Source of the DNA: Zygnema circumcarinatum SAG 698-1b | Lineage: Eukaryota > Plantae > Zygnematophyceae | Assembly (NCBI GenBank): GCA_037447605.1 | Contig: CM074804.1 | Span: 8,409,909-8,473,908, forward strand | Reading direction: 5' to 3' | DNA: 64,000 nucleotides | In this document: positions 1 through 12,459 of the stretch, one piece after another | Layout: each line of letters opens with the position of its first letter | Position numbering within the stretch: position 1 is the stretch's first letter | Program-made: the position numbers and the translations under genes | The notes under the pieces: model-generated | Told to the model about the DNA's origin: nothing | Seen by the model: the letters and a program-made list of their open reading frames with translations, nothing else | Databases searched by the model: none

Positions 1-2171
1 AGCTCGTGGAACACGTGGGCAGCGTCAGATTGGACCTGCCTGTCAACAATGGGGAGAAGACTAAGAAGGTAGAACTACTCAATGTTCTGTACTTACCTCG
101 TCTAGGTTGCAATTTGCTCAGCATCCCTCAATTGCAGTTAATTGGCTGGAGTCACGAATCACGTGGGGATGGCTCTATTCATTTGTATGACAGAGACAAG
201 ACAAAGATCGGAGAGGGAGTGGTCACAGCATCCTTCCGCTCATTGCTCCATTGGAAGAAGCCGGATGGGCTAGTAGCAGAGGCGCAGACTGTTGGGGGGG
301 AAGGAGACTTATCATTATGGCACCAACGCCTGTGCCACACGAGTGAGAAGAACATTCAAGCCATGATCAAGTCAGGCGCTGTTAGAGGTATGGAGCTAGT
401 TTCCGGGAGCGAAATTGAGGCATGCAAGGGTTGCAGTAAAGGCAAGCAGGTACGCAAATCACACCCGGTGAAGGACGTGGAACACCGAGCTCAAGAAAGG
501 TTAGCCTTGGTTCATACAGATCTTTGTGGTGATGTGAAGCCCCCCAGCTTGGGTGGGAGTCGTTACATCATGACACTCACTGATGATTTCAGCAGGAAGA
601 CTTGGGTGTACTTTCTTCGTCAAAAGAGCGATGCCCGATTGATCTTTGAAAGGTGGGTAGATATGGTGGAGAGGGAATCAGGATGCAAAGTGAAAGTGCT
701 GCGGAGTGACAATGGAGGAGAGTTTATCGCCATGAAAGAATTTGCCACATTGTGCATCTCAGCCAGCAATTACGCCTACCTACTCTTCAATCCAACCCGG
801 TGGCGTAAAAGGAAAAATGTGACAACGCAAGACATACCCATCTATACGCACCAAACCGGGCGCCGTGAGGTTGGCTCTTTTGGGCGTAGGCGTGTGCAAA
901 CAGCCAACCATTACAAGCAACAGCACTGGACGCATCTCTAAAGACAAGACACACTGAAGAGGCTGTGGGCGGCGAGAAAACCATCATCTCTCACTTGCGT
1001 TTGGGGGTTGCAGAGCCTTTGTGCACATCCCACCTGAAAAGCGGAAGGGGAAGTTTGGGCCGAGAAGTTGGGAGGGAATATTTGTGGGTTATTCCCAAAC
1101 CAGCGCACAGTATAGAATATGGAACCCTAGTGATCGCATCTTTGCAGAAAGCAGAGATGTTGAATTTGAAGAACACCTTGTGCATCTTGGGGATGTGCTC
1201 GTTTGGGATGATGACATCGGACTTGACTTCGAGGAGATAGCCATAAGCAAAGATGTGAGTGTAACCAGTGAGGATCTGGGAAATGGAGATGTTGAGGTGA
1301 CAGGAACTGACACGACAGAGGCTGCTACGCAAGGGGCTAGGAATGCTACCACTGCCATACCACATAGCTCACCCGCGGGAGTCATTGAGCCACAAGGGGA
1401 GAGCAGGAGGACTTCCGCACGGAGCACAAGGGGCATTGCACCAGCTAAACTTACTTATGATGAGNNNNNNNNNNGTGGGTACGCTTTCCTGTGTGGGGGT
1501 GGAGTGATTTCGTGGAACTCCAAACTTCAGCCCACAGTAGCCCTTAGCAGCACAGAGGCCGAATACATGGCTGCATGCCATGCAGCCAAGGAAGCTGTGT
1601 GGCTTCGGAGTCTTTTTAAGGAGATTGGGCTGGAACAGCGGGCGATTAATATCCGTTCTGACAATCAAGGCTGTCTCGCACTCATTAGGAACCCTGTGTT
1701 CCATAAGCGCACTAAACACATCCACATCCAATGGCACTTTGTACGGGAACTTGCTGAGAGCAAAGCAGTTAGGTTTTCCTTTGTCCGTACACTTGAGCAG
1801 GGAGCAGACATGTTGACTAAAGCTGCTACCGGTGTTGTCATTGCTGAGGGTTGTCGCCTGTTAGGGTTGGAGTGAGCGGTACCATGCTCACTGAGAGGGG
1901 GAATGTTGGGTTGGGTTGGTTTGGAGTACAACTGTACGGTCGTACGGTCGTACGGCCCATTTGCAGTGGGCAGGTCCCGCTCACTCTTCTGTCAGAAGGA
2001 CTGTTAGGGCTTCTTCTTCCTCAGCTGCTGAGTGGAGGGGCGTGTTTGTAAGGGCGTGGGGTTGGGAATATAAATGGGAAAATCCGGGTGGGGCACACTG
2101 TGTCTTGTGATGGGTGCGCGTGAGGGTGAATGCAACTTGTGATGCCACTCTGTATTTAGAATACTCTGTCA
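1..2171 (+). mobile_element. Ty1/copia LTR retrotransposon, 3' part (gag-pre-integrase, integrase, N-gap hiding RT, RNase H, PPT, 3' LTR), inserted in a KEA intron
   Basis: LWHQRLCH..C..C..GKQ zinc-binding motif; HTDLCG and RSDNGGEF integrase motifs; WNSKLQPTVALSSTEAEY, SDNQG, HKRTKHI, QGADMLTK RNase H motifs. Copia domain order. The integrase is indel-riddled at about 740-1010. PPT GAGAGGGGGAA just before 1904. Confidence 0.95.
1904..2171 (+). repeat. 3' LTR of copia element (~268 bp)
   Basis: Starts TG immediately after the PPT, contains TATAAAT (~2070), and ends TGTCA at 2171, 54 bp before the KEA splice acceptor. The 5' LTR lies outside the window. Confidence 0.7.
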
Positions 2172-2225
2172 CTTAGGAGCTTCTAAAACATGAATGGTAA
2201 TTCTTTTTTTTTTGTGGTTCCACAG

Positions 2226-3869
2226 GTCCTTCATAAAGTTGGAGCGGAAAGGGCGGCCGCAGCAGTCATCACTCTCGACACGCCCGGAGCCAACTACCGG
2301 ACTGTGTGGGCTTTGAGGCAAAACTTTCCGCACGTCAAAACAATCGTTTGTTCGAACGCACGATATCGACCACGGAGTTAACTTGGAGAAGGCGGGAGCG
2401 ATAGCGGTGAGCTGGGGGAGGCGAGGGAGAGGGGGGGGGGGGGGGGGGGGGGGGGNNNNNNNNNNAGAGAGGGAGGGAGGGAGGAAGAAAGGGGATAGAA
2501 AGTGGTAGGGAGGGAAGGAGGACAAGCGGTAGAGGAGAAGGTAGAGGAGGGAGGGAGGGAGGTAGGAAGAGAGGAGATGGCGGGAGGGATGGAGGGAGGG
2601 GAGGGAGGACGAGAGGGGCGGAGGAAGGGAAGGGAGGGCGGAAGGACGGAGAGGGGAGGGAGGGAGGGAACAAGAGATGCGCGAGCAAGAGAGGAGAATT
2701 GAGAGGGGAGGAGTGAGGGGGTGAGGTAGAGAGGTGAGCAGGGAATTAGTAAACGACATGACAAGGGAGACATGCTGGGAGAGTATGTTGGGCCTTCTTG
2801 ACTACTGAATTGAAACCCATCGTGTTGGTGTGACAGGTGGTCCCGGAGACTTTGGAGCCGAACTTACAACTGGCAGCGGCTGTGCTCGCGCAGGTCTGTT
2901 CCGACTCAATTATAGCTATCGTTTCCTGGCAATCCTTTCCATTTTTTTTTTTTTTTTTCCATTTTTTTCCTTTCCTTTTCTTTTCCTTTTTTTCATTTTT
3001 TTTTACTTTCTTTTCTACGGTTCCTTGAGGGTTTCAGGGTCCAGAAAAAGAAACTGGCGAGGCGAAAGTTGCGAAGACTAGATTGACTAGCTCTTTTTGG
3101 TTGTGACGTGACAGGTGAAGCTACCAGCACAGGTGATAGCAGCGGCCATTGATGAGTTCAGGATTCGACATCTCTCAGAGCTAACGGAGGTAATTTGCTG
3201 TTGTCGTGCGGAATGCCTCCAACACTTCCTGCTCTCTCTTCCCCTGTCCTCTTGTCCTCCACTCGACCCACCTCTCTCCTCCCCCTCTCCTCTGTCGCAT
3301 TCCCTCGCCATCTCTATTCATCCTTTTTTTCCTCTCCCCTCCTGTCGCACTTTTCCTTCCTCTCTCCTCCCCTCTCTCCTCCCTCGTCTTCCTACAACTC
3401 TCCCTTTTCGTTTACTCCCGGCCCGCCTCCCCCCCCCCCCACCCCCCACCTTCGCCACCTTCCCCCTCCCCCTTTCTTTCCTCTCCCCTTCCCCCTCTCC
3501 CTTGTAGCCTTTCCTCTCTCTTTCTCTCTCGTCCAGTTTCCGATCCACTCCCCTCCTCACCTTCCCTCTCCTCCTCGCACTTCCCTCTCTCCGCTTTCTC
3601 TCGTCACCAATCCAGGGTGGCATTTTCTTACTACGTTGATCCTTAGCCTCCTGCAGCTTTCCGCCATCAGTGGCTCCTCTCTCGGTTACGGCTTCTCCCG
3701 CCTCCTCACACAGAAAAAGGAAGGGGCGGCGGCACCCCAAAGTTCAAAGGCCAAGGCTAGAGAGGAGAGTCGGTCTGAGGGCCACCTGAAAGCGCCTCCC
3801 TCTTCCTCTCCTCCCTCTGAACCGGAGACCTCGCCTTCTCTGTCACAGACCACAGATGCTTTACTGTAA
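2226..3869 (+). CDS. KEA2: K+/H+ efflux antiporter KEA1/2-type, last four exons (TrkA-N/KTN C-terminus); contains a frameshift
   Basis: Exons 2226-2406, 2837-2893, 3115-3189, 3657-3869 with GT-AG ends encode VLHKVGAERAAAAVITLDTPGANYRTVWAL, FVRTHDIDHGVNLEKAGA, VVPETLEPNLQLAAAVLAQ, IDEFRIRHLSELTE and SGSSLGYGFSR, matching the plant KEA1/KEA2 C-terminus. Four extra nt at about 2343-2346 break the frame. Confidence 0.9.
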
Positions 3870-5362
3870 CTGGTCAAACGTTTACATGCTCCTCCGTTAT
3901 AGCTTGCCTCGGCATCGTAGGCTCCGGACATGTAAAAAATAAAGGGTATTCCATGGCCGCAGAAGAAACAGTAATCAGTGGTAATGTTAATGAAAAGGGC
4001 ATGGCAAAAAATGAAGGCATTTTCTACGTTCCCACGAAAACAAACCGAGCTTGCTTAAGACTGAAGCCGGGTAGGGGAGAGGGCCCTCCAGCCACACCTT
4101 TGTACCATCTGCTGCGTTACATCACCTTTGTACGACAACTTTCAAACAAGGGTTCCACAGTTTCACGGCATTTAGACGATGTGTTTGTTATAAATGTCCT
4201 CTCGGTACGCTCTATCCTCGTTTTAAACGTTTCTACACTTTCATCTTAACAAAAATGTTTAGTTGAGATAATGAATGCACCATCCATATATATCCAATGA
4301 CTCAAAAGCAAAAATAGAAGCTCACAACGATAAGATGCGTGCACATCAATACGACGCGAGACACAATACCGCTTTATATCGCGTCAGTTCCAGAATCGCC
4401 CCTCCGCCAAGCTGCCCCCAAATCGAAGAATTTACATTAACGTGGCGCCTATTCATTGGTCACGGTACCACTGCTCTGTGTCTCTACCCTCGCCTCCGTG
4501 CGCTTACCGCGTCCCGCACACGTGCGCCTGCCATCGCTGGACGCCCCTCTGATTGGCTGCGCGCAACTTCGATCCTCGTCTTCGTGGCGCGTCTAGCGAC
4601 TGTAACGTCACGCCCCTGAGTTCGAGCACGTATTGATTTTTGCAGTCGGCCCGCAGGTGCGAGTTCTTCTGTGTGCGCCGCGTGGCGACGACTGTGGTCC
4701 CAGCGAGGCAAAATCTTCTTACGCGTCGGCCGTCGATGTCAATCGGATTATTACACACCGTCAGATCAGCCGTTAATAAAACACTGCTGATGTCAGCCGC
4801 CCGCTCGTCGTGGGACCACCGCTTAGCCGTGACGCCACGTGGAGTCCTCGCTAGACCTGCCGCCCCCTCTGCCAGGTGACACTTGTCGGCACCTGTGATA
4901 TGGTCGTCGCACTACAGTATACGGACGGCCCGGACCGCCCGTTGACCAAATTTGATATCTCGTGGCGTTCTTTTAGTCGTCCGATCTCTGACATTGCCGT
5001 TCGGGCCTGCACGCGCGCCCCCACCGACCAGGCGACCACAAAGCGCCGGCGCGCAGAATGAAAATGCCTGGTCATCGGCCAATCACAGGCCACCGTTGTA
5101 TCGGTGCGCTTTGGCGGTTCGGAATGCACACTGCCACGTGGCGCTTGGCCTCGCCAAAAACGCGGTCCCACCGGTCGAATGAATGCTTCACAGATCGGAC
5201 CGTTAGACAAACCAGTCGACTGGTTGGCAACCACTGGTTGCGGACCGAAACAACCATTCGACTGGTTGCCAACCAGTGGTATCCACTGGTTCCAAACCAG
5301 TCGACTGGTTGCCAACGAATGCCGCCGGATCGAAACAACCATTCGACTGGTTTGGAACCAGT

Positions 5363-5521
5363 AGGGCGTGTCAGACTTAAAAAATTTCAGTACGCGTGTT
5401 CGTAAGTTTGACATCAGAACAAGTACTCCAGTATAATCGCGATCCTCCTGCGGCGGAGTACTTTCGTAACCTTTTTTTTCGTAACGCTTTTCGTAAGATT
5501 TTGTTAAGTCTGACACCCCCT
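5363..5521. mobile_element. MITE with AGGG(C/G)GTGTCAGACTTAA TIRs and 3-bp TSD (AGT)
   Basis: 18-bp TIR with one mismatch and AGT on both sides. Removing the element restores the host hAT repeat unit AACCAGTGG..GGAC.GAAACAACC at its normal length. Confidence 0.8.
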
Positions 5522-5665
5522 AGTGGCGCAGGACTGAAACAACCATTCGACTGGTTCGGAACCAGTGATCCAATGGTTGGCAACCATTGAATTTCTGAAA
5601 TTATGCCTTTTTGCAAAAATGGGTCGTATGTGTTTTTTGGTGGGTTGCCAACCGTTGACAACTAG

Positions 5666-5810
5666 TGTAACAAGCCTGATGCGTACAGATGCGTACGGAT
5701 GCGTACAACCAAGTCGTGTGATTGTACGGATATTTTGTACGGCCGAGCCGTAATAGTTTTCTCCGAAACGCCGACGGCATTTTGGTAGCTGTAGCGTTCA
5801 GTTTGCTACA
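5666..5810. mobile_element. 145-bp TGT...ACA element with 5-bp TSD (Ginger-like MITE or tiny solo LTR)
   Basis: ACTAG at 5661-5665 and 5811-5815. Imperfect TIR TGTAACAAGCCTGA vs TGTAGCAAACTGA. Internal GTAC(GG) repeats. Confidence 0.65.
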
Positions 5811-8438
5811 ACTAGTGATTTAATGGTTGCCAACCATTTGATTTAATGGATATAACCATTCGACTGGTTGCCAACCAGTGGCATCCACTGGTTCCAAACC
5901 AGTCGACTGGTTGCCAACCAGTGGTTGCGGACCGAAACAACCATTCGACTGGTTGGCAACCAGTAGACGTCCAACCATTGCCATCCAATGGTTGTCCAAT
6001 GGTTGCCGATCCACTGGTCCGAACTGTGGAATGCTTACCGACATTTGTGGCGTTCGGGAAGCGGCCCGAAATGTTTTCGGCTTCCGTGTCAGTCCGCGAT
6101 TGGGCGGCGAGGGAGGACCTTTCCGGTCCTCCCTCGCCGCGAGTACGAGGTACGAGGTACAGTCAGCAGTCCTCATATTTTCCACCCTGTACAGTGCGTC
6201 CCCAAGAAATTCGCCCCGATTACGCCTCCTGCCCAGCATGCCGCCTCTCTCGCAGGGGCCGAGGAGGAGGAGGCAGCGCCAAGGAAGCGGCGGCTTCAGG
6301 AGGAGGAGGCGGGCGAGTGCGCCGAGAGGGAGGGGGAAAGAGGCAGCGTCGTCAAGCGCCTCCGCATGGCGTCGCCTGCTGCGCCCGTCCCCTTCTCTCC
6401 CGCTCCCTTCTTCCGCCTGCGAGGCTCCACCTCGGAAGAAGCCGACGCAGACGCAGGCAAGTTGAAGACTGCGGAGGAGATTGGAGCTGCGGAGGCGAGT
6501 TTTCGGAATGTTGGTGTTGGTTTTGCTTTTGGATACGGCAGGGAGACCGAGAGTGTTTGTGAAGTTCCTCGCTCTCCCCTCCCTAGAGTGGGAGTGAGGG
6601 AGAGGATAGTAAGGTTTATGATAGGGGGGAAGGTGAAGGTCCCAGGAAAGGGGGACAGTGACAACGAATCCGGGGAGGAAATGGAAGTAGAGAGAGTGAG
6701 AGGGGCGAAGAGACAGCGGAGGGGGGATGAAGACAATGAGAAGGAATATTCAATGCTCGGTAATGGAGTGAGAGGGAAACGCGCGAGGGAGGGAGAGGAG
6801 AAGGACGACGTCGCCCTCTTGGGAGAGCGCGGAAAGGTGAGGGGAGGTCATTCTCAAACCAAAAAAATTTGAATTTATTCGTTTGCTGTATCTTGTTTCG
6901 TTTTCTTCTTCTGCCCTTCTTGTTTATCCTGTCCTGTTTATTTTCTCTGTTGTTTGTTTGTTTTTTTCTTTTTTTTTCTTAATATCCGTTTTCCTGTTTG
7001 GTTGTCCCGGGCAGTATTCCAAGTACGTGTACGACTGCCGGGCAAAGGGTCAAAAAGAGACGATGAAGAAAAGGGGCTCTCTCCCTCGCGACCCCTCCGC
7101 CCGTCCGAGGAGGGCCTCTCCCACTCGCTCTGTGGAAACACACATCGGACAAATGCAGGGTCCGGGAGGAGGTCCGGCTGAAACCCTCATGGGAAAGTAC
7201 TTCCGTTTCTTCCGGTATGTAACCGGGGGGGCGTTTGGCATTTGATGTGCGGAAATGCCACGAGTTTGGGAAGGAAGGTGGAGGCGGTGAGCGTTGCGGA
7301 GCGAGTGCTGGAGGAAGCCGCTGCCGTCGCAGCCATTCGCTGTTGGCCGGAGCCCCCCCCCGCGGCCACAGCGGTGTACAGACAGGCGGTTGAGGCAGTT
7401 GTTGGATTTTTGCATTCGTTTTTTATTCTTTGTCTATGTCAGTTGCAGTTCAGTCTCAATTGCAGTTCCAGTTCCAGTTTTAGTTTCAGTTCCGGGTTCA
7501 GTTAGTTCAGTTTGGTGAATAATGAGTGCGATTTTTTACATTATCATGATTGCAGTTTCCATCGTTATTTAGTTTCAAAGTGCAGTTCAAGAGTGTAACT
7601 GAACGTGGAACTGGCTGACCAGTGACCAGCATTTCAGTGAGATGGTAGTTTAGCAGCGTCATCCTCAACGAGGACAAGTCTGTTCTATTTTTTTTTTTTT
7701 TTCATAAGATCGGAGTTTGGAAACTCAACAAGTGTTGCGCAAACAGATGAACTCGTTGTGTAAAACCATCAATAAAGCAGGGATTTCCATGAACTGATGA
7801 GGACGACCTTGGCTGTTGTTTTAGCATTTACCAGTTTTCTCTGTAAGTGAAGATGGCGGTGGCTCGGCCCTAACTGCAAATATGTGATGAATCGCGAATG
7901 GCATGTATGTGACTGAGTGACTGACTGCATCCCTCCCTGCGTGAGAGAGAGCATCAACGAGAGTACCGTACCTGCCATCAGGCCCCCCTCTCCTCTCCTC
8001 TCCTCTGGGGTCCAACCTCCTCCCAGCATGGACTGGACTCCGCTGCATTATTAGGTTGCCGGCTATCCTTCTCCCTCTCATCTCTCGTCATATCAATGTG
8101 CCGCCTTTGTCGTAGATTCCGAGACATCGATGCGCCCCCCATTGTGTCTCGCGTCGTATTGATGTGCACGCATCTTATCTCGCATCTTATCGTTGAGAGC
8201 TTCTACTTTTGCTTTTGAGTCATTGGGTATATATGGATGGTGCATTCATTATCTCAACTAAACATTTTTGTTAAGACGAAAGCGTATAAACGTTTAAAAC
8301 GAGGAAAGAGCGTACCGAGAGGACATATAGAGCAAACACATCGTCTAAAAGCCGTCAAACTGTGGAACCCTTGTTTGAAAGTTGTCGTAAAAAGGTGATA
8401 TAACGCAGCAGATGGTACAAAGGTGTGGCTGGAGGGCC

Positions 8439-8665
8439 ATTGCAACCATTGGACTATTGATTCCCGTCCCATCCAACCATTGCCAATGGTTGGAACCAGT
8501 GAGTAGCTACCCAGCCAACCATCATTGCCGATAACTGCAACCATTGGACCATTGATTCCTGCCCCACCCAACCATTGTATTCAATGGTTGGCTGGATCCG
8601 GAACCAACCGCTTGCAAATCGCGACCATTCCATTGGTTGATCCAACCCATGGTCCGTCCAGCCCT
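8439..8665. repeat. CAACCATTGG(ACCATTGATTCC) repeat array, dispersed family
   Basis: Tandem ~90-bp units, near-identical to 49170-49270. Motif is related to the hAT subterminal repeats. Confidence 0.75.
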
Positions 8666-9178
8666 TGGCCCGAAAATGTTTTTGACTGCCCTGATCGCGA
8701 AGCAAACGTCCGTGATTGGTTGAGAGTTGGCCGGGCAGCTCAAGTTTGGTTCGCGGCAGCCATAAAATGTTATTTGTTGGCCAACGACTGATCGCCACGT
8801 GTACGATGGCACACGTGGTATATTCCTATTGGATTTGGCTTCAGTTTTGTCCACATGTCACTCTTCCATTGGTAGTTGCTCGTTTATTTTAGCACAGTTT
8901 ACTCCGTGTGGCGCCTGGGCCCTTAGCCCTATCTCAAGCTCTCCACATCCCCATTGGATATTGTGAATCCTGTTGCTATCGCTCCCCCCTCTGCTCACAG
9001 CTCTCCTGTCTTTGCTCTTTTGCTCAGGCATCATCACCCATATCTTCATCAGGCATTTTACTCTTTCCTTTCCTCTCCTCTCCTCTCCTCTCTCCTCTCT
9101 CCCTTTGTACTATCTTCCTTCTCTGTCTCTCTGTCTCTCTGTCTCGCTCTGTCTCTCTAGAGTTCCATTTTTCTCAGG

Positions 9179-12100
9179 ATGATGAGTGCTCTTGTAAGCC
9201 CGTGTTTGAAGGAAGCAACTGCAGCATTGGGAGCAGCGAATGTTTACTCTAAGGACGCCTCTTCCTCTTCCTGCAAGCGCAGCATTTCTGCTTCCGCTCG
9301 GCCAGCTGTGATCGCTTCCTTGGAGTCGCCTGCACGTGGGACTGCCCTTCAGGCTTCCTGGGAATGGAGGCACCGCTCAGTCAGCGGCGCTCTTTGGAGA
9401 GAGCTTGCTACCTGTACGGCGCAGCAGGGTTTCCATGCAGTTAGAGGTGACAGCTGCGTTGCTGCTCCGTTGCAAATGTAGCCTGTAATGTAGCTCAGTT
9501 ACTTTTGTTTTGGACATTGCCGAGATAAAGCTGGAAGGGTGATGGGGGAGAGGAAAAGATGGCGAGAGAGGGAGGGGGAGAGGGAGAGTTGGAAATTTTA
9601 CCACCTTTTGGATGTTGTCAGAGTTAAAAAATTGGAGGAGATGTGGAAGGCAAGCAAATTGATGTCGCATAGTCATTTGCATTCTAATTCAATCATAATA
9701 GGTTTCTTTCTTGGTTAATGTGAAAGAATTCAAATGCGGAGGCTCTTTAAAATTTTCTTCAGTTCACAGTAATGAATGTGGAACTCTTGCGTGCGATGGT
9801 TTGCGATTGCCGACTGAAAAGTAAGCAGCGAAGCGTTTCTTTCTTTTAGTTTTGGAAGGCGCATTGAGTACCGTCATTATTTTTTTCAGTCATTTTCAAT
9901 TGTGCATTCGCGATTTTTCTTGCATTTAATTCTCGGCTGACTCTGTATTCATTGTACAACTGTGTTGCGAGCAGGAAAGAGAGCTTCGATCGTCGCGGAA
10001 GTGGGGACTGAAGACGGTAAACTACAGTGAAGGACTTGCTTTGGAAGGATAGCAGAACTGCAACTGAACTGAACAACAACAAGTGAACTGATCAGTTTAT
10101 ATAAAAAATTGTAAATAAAGTTCTTGGCATTAACGCATATTGATTTTGAGATTGGGGTCCACCGTATCCCCCACTTTTTGGCCATCATTATCAGAGCAGG
10201 CACCAACTTGTTTTATGAAAGAGCAGGCACTACATATTTTCTTGGCATAAATAGGGCACTGTCTGTCCTTATACAATCTCTCGAGTGCTCTTTATCTCTT
10301 CTTTATCTTGTTTCACTTGAACTCGAACTATCATGTTAACTTCTGCTTGCATTATTCTAGTGGATGTAGTGATATTGGTCGCCGCTTGGAAATGGATGTA
10401 AAGAGAAACAAACGTGCAGGATTGGAGAGCCTCTTAGAGGCCGAGCCTGCTTGACTTTTTTTTTTCCTTCTCTACTCGGTTCGCCTTGTCTGGCGCATCT
10501 TGCCTGCCTGCAGCTAAAACTCCATCAACTCCAACAAACGCTGCTGGCGATCAGAAGGCAGAGCGATCAAAGGCAGCACAGCTTCTTGGTATTCGTGGTG
10601 GCGTTCGAGAAACTGTGAGTCTTAGGACTTTGCTTCTTGATGTTTTGAAGGTTTTTAGTTTTTGTAAGTATATACCCAACGAGTGCCTGACAGATGCCTG
10701 TACATCTTATAAAGAAGAGAAACGAGCGTTTTCAAATGCTGGGGGAGGAGAGGAAGTTGACTTAAAATCTGTCCGTACATTGAGACGTCGCCTCCTCCCA
10801 AATTATGCACTATGCATGAATTGCTTTGTCCATCTTCCTTTCTGATGTTTCTTACGTTTCTTCTTCGTATTGGAGACGGTTCTGGCTTACTTAAGTTTAG
10901 CCCATTCTTCTCTTTCGAATGGCAGGATATATGGAAAATCCGCCTGCAACTCACTAAACCTGTGACATGGGTGCCGCTCATTTGGGGAGTTCTCTGTGGA
11001 GCTGCAGCTTCAGGTCAGCATGCAAACTCCAATGTGTACTTTAACGAGAGTTTTTAGAGTTCACGATGAGTACATGGACCTGCATGCGGGCATTTCATGC
11101 ATGTTCTTAATAGTAATGTTTGGAATCAAGATTTTCTCGTTTGTTTGTTACAGGCAATTTTGAATGGACGCCAGAGTGTGTGGCTAAGTCCATTGCATGT
11201 ATGTTTTTATCGGGACCTCTCCTCACAGGGTATACTCAGGTGCCAATCTGTGAGCCTTGGGCTTTTTGGGGCTTAAGCGATAAAAGGTAGAAATTGGGAG
11301 CTGAAGTCTGAATAGTTGGAGGTCCTACACGTTCCAATTTTATTGCCTGAAAGTTTCCTTAAGCTTCTAGCTGTTAGTTGACCGATTATGCTTAATAAGT
11401 TGTTCACTTGCTCTGAGCCAGTAAAAGGATGGTCAGATCTTTGTTGTAGATAAACAAACGGAAGGGAAGAGTTTGCGAGCCTGCGAGGCGGAGGACTAGA
11501 ACATAATACTTTTTACGAAATGGAAGTTTTGCGTAACTGTTGACACAAATCTGAGGCTGGTTTCAAGATGATTCCACTCAATTTTCCCTGTCAAAGTGCT
11601 CTTAAGATCTAACATTTCATTAACATCAATATTTCTGCGGGCTCACTGTGCCCATTTGTTTCAATCTTGAAGTAGACTATGAATGATTGGTACGATCGGG
11701 AAATTGATGCCATTAACGAACCAGATCGGCCCATTCCATCGGGCGCCATTGCGGAAGGAGATGTGAGCCCTCTGCTCCGCTTGTACTAGTGGTTTTTTTG
11801 GGTGCTCATTCTCAACTTCTCATCCTTAGTATATTGCGTTCAATCCACTTTAGAGTTTGCTTCTCCATGCTGGGAATCATACCCATGCTGGGTTGCATGC
11901 AGACAGAACTTTCGGACTACATAGTTCCCGCTTGTATGCATACAATGGTCGACCAATTTGGGTGCTAATGCAAGTGCTCTGTAGTATTTGCCTTCTCTTT
12001 CCAACTACCTAGATGTTTATGGGCATTTCTCTACTGGTTTACTCTTAAAGGAATAGTTAACTTCATCGTCTTTTTGTTTAATGAATTTGACGTTTTTGGC

Positions 12101-12407
12101 TTCTGGATGTGCATCAGGTGATTGCTCAAATCTGGATCCTCCTATTCGCAGGGCTTGGCCTCTCCTACGCACTTGATCTTTGGGTAAGCTCTTACAACTT
12201 TGAACATGAACCAAAGCAGAAGGTGGATATCTCCGGCAGCTTACTCAGCCTTGAAAAATTGCTGAAATTTTGAGCCCTCGAATTTTGACATCCATTTTTG
12301 GGGAAGAGACGTTTGTGAGCGGAACCAGAACACATGCGTCCACCCCTCGCACGACTCATAGAGAGGGAGTGCTAAGAAGAGATAGGTAGAGAGAGAGAGT
12401 GAGGGGG

Positions 12408-12459
<52 letters not shown>

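Larger units (their letters stand above)
5189..6028. mobile_element. Non-autonomous hAT-type transposon
   Basis: TIRs CACAGATCGGACC / GGTCCGAACTGTG (12/13 match). Perfect 8-bp TSD GAATGCTT at 5181-5188 and 6029-6036. Subterminal arrays of palindromic AACCA(G/T)TCGACTGGTT. Confidence 0.85.
4082..8438. mobile_element. Non-autonomous element bounded by ~290-bp terminal inverted repeats (foldback / Pack-MULE-like)
   Basis: 4082-4367 is the reverse complement of 8141-8438 (GGCCCTCCAGCCACACCTTTGTACC...GACGCGAGACACAAT), with scattered substitutions and one short duplication. No transposase seen. No TSD found. Confidence 0.7.

Noticed and set aside
2400-3650. Pro/Ser/Leu-rich and Gly/Glu/Arg-rich ORFs here and at 33-48 kb
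   Set aside because: They are stop-free GA/CT low-complexity intron tracts bounded by splice sites of the assembled genes.
5200-6020. CRISPR-like array of palindromic repeats
   Set aside because: No unique spacers and no cas genes. The repeats are subterminal motifs of an element with TIRs and an 8-bp TSD in a eukaryotic genome.
7440-7610. CAGTT-type degenerate repeats, also at ~10050, ~15490 and ~44850
   Set aside because: Short low-complexity tracts with no shared flanks or boundaries.
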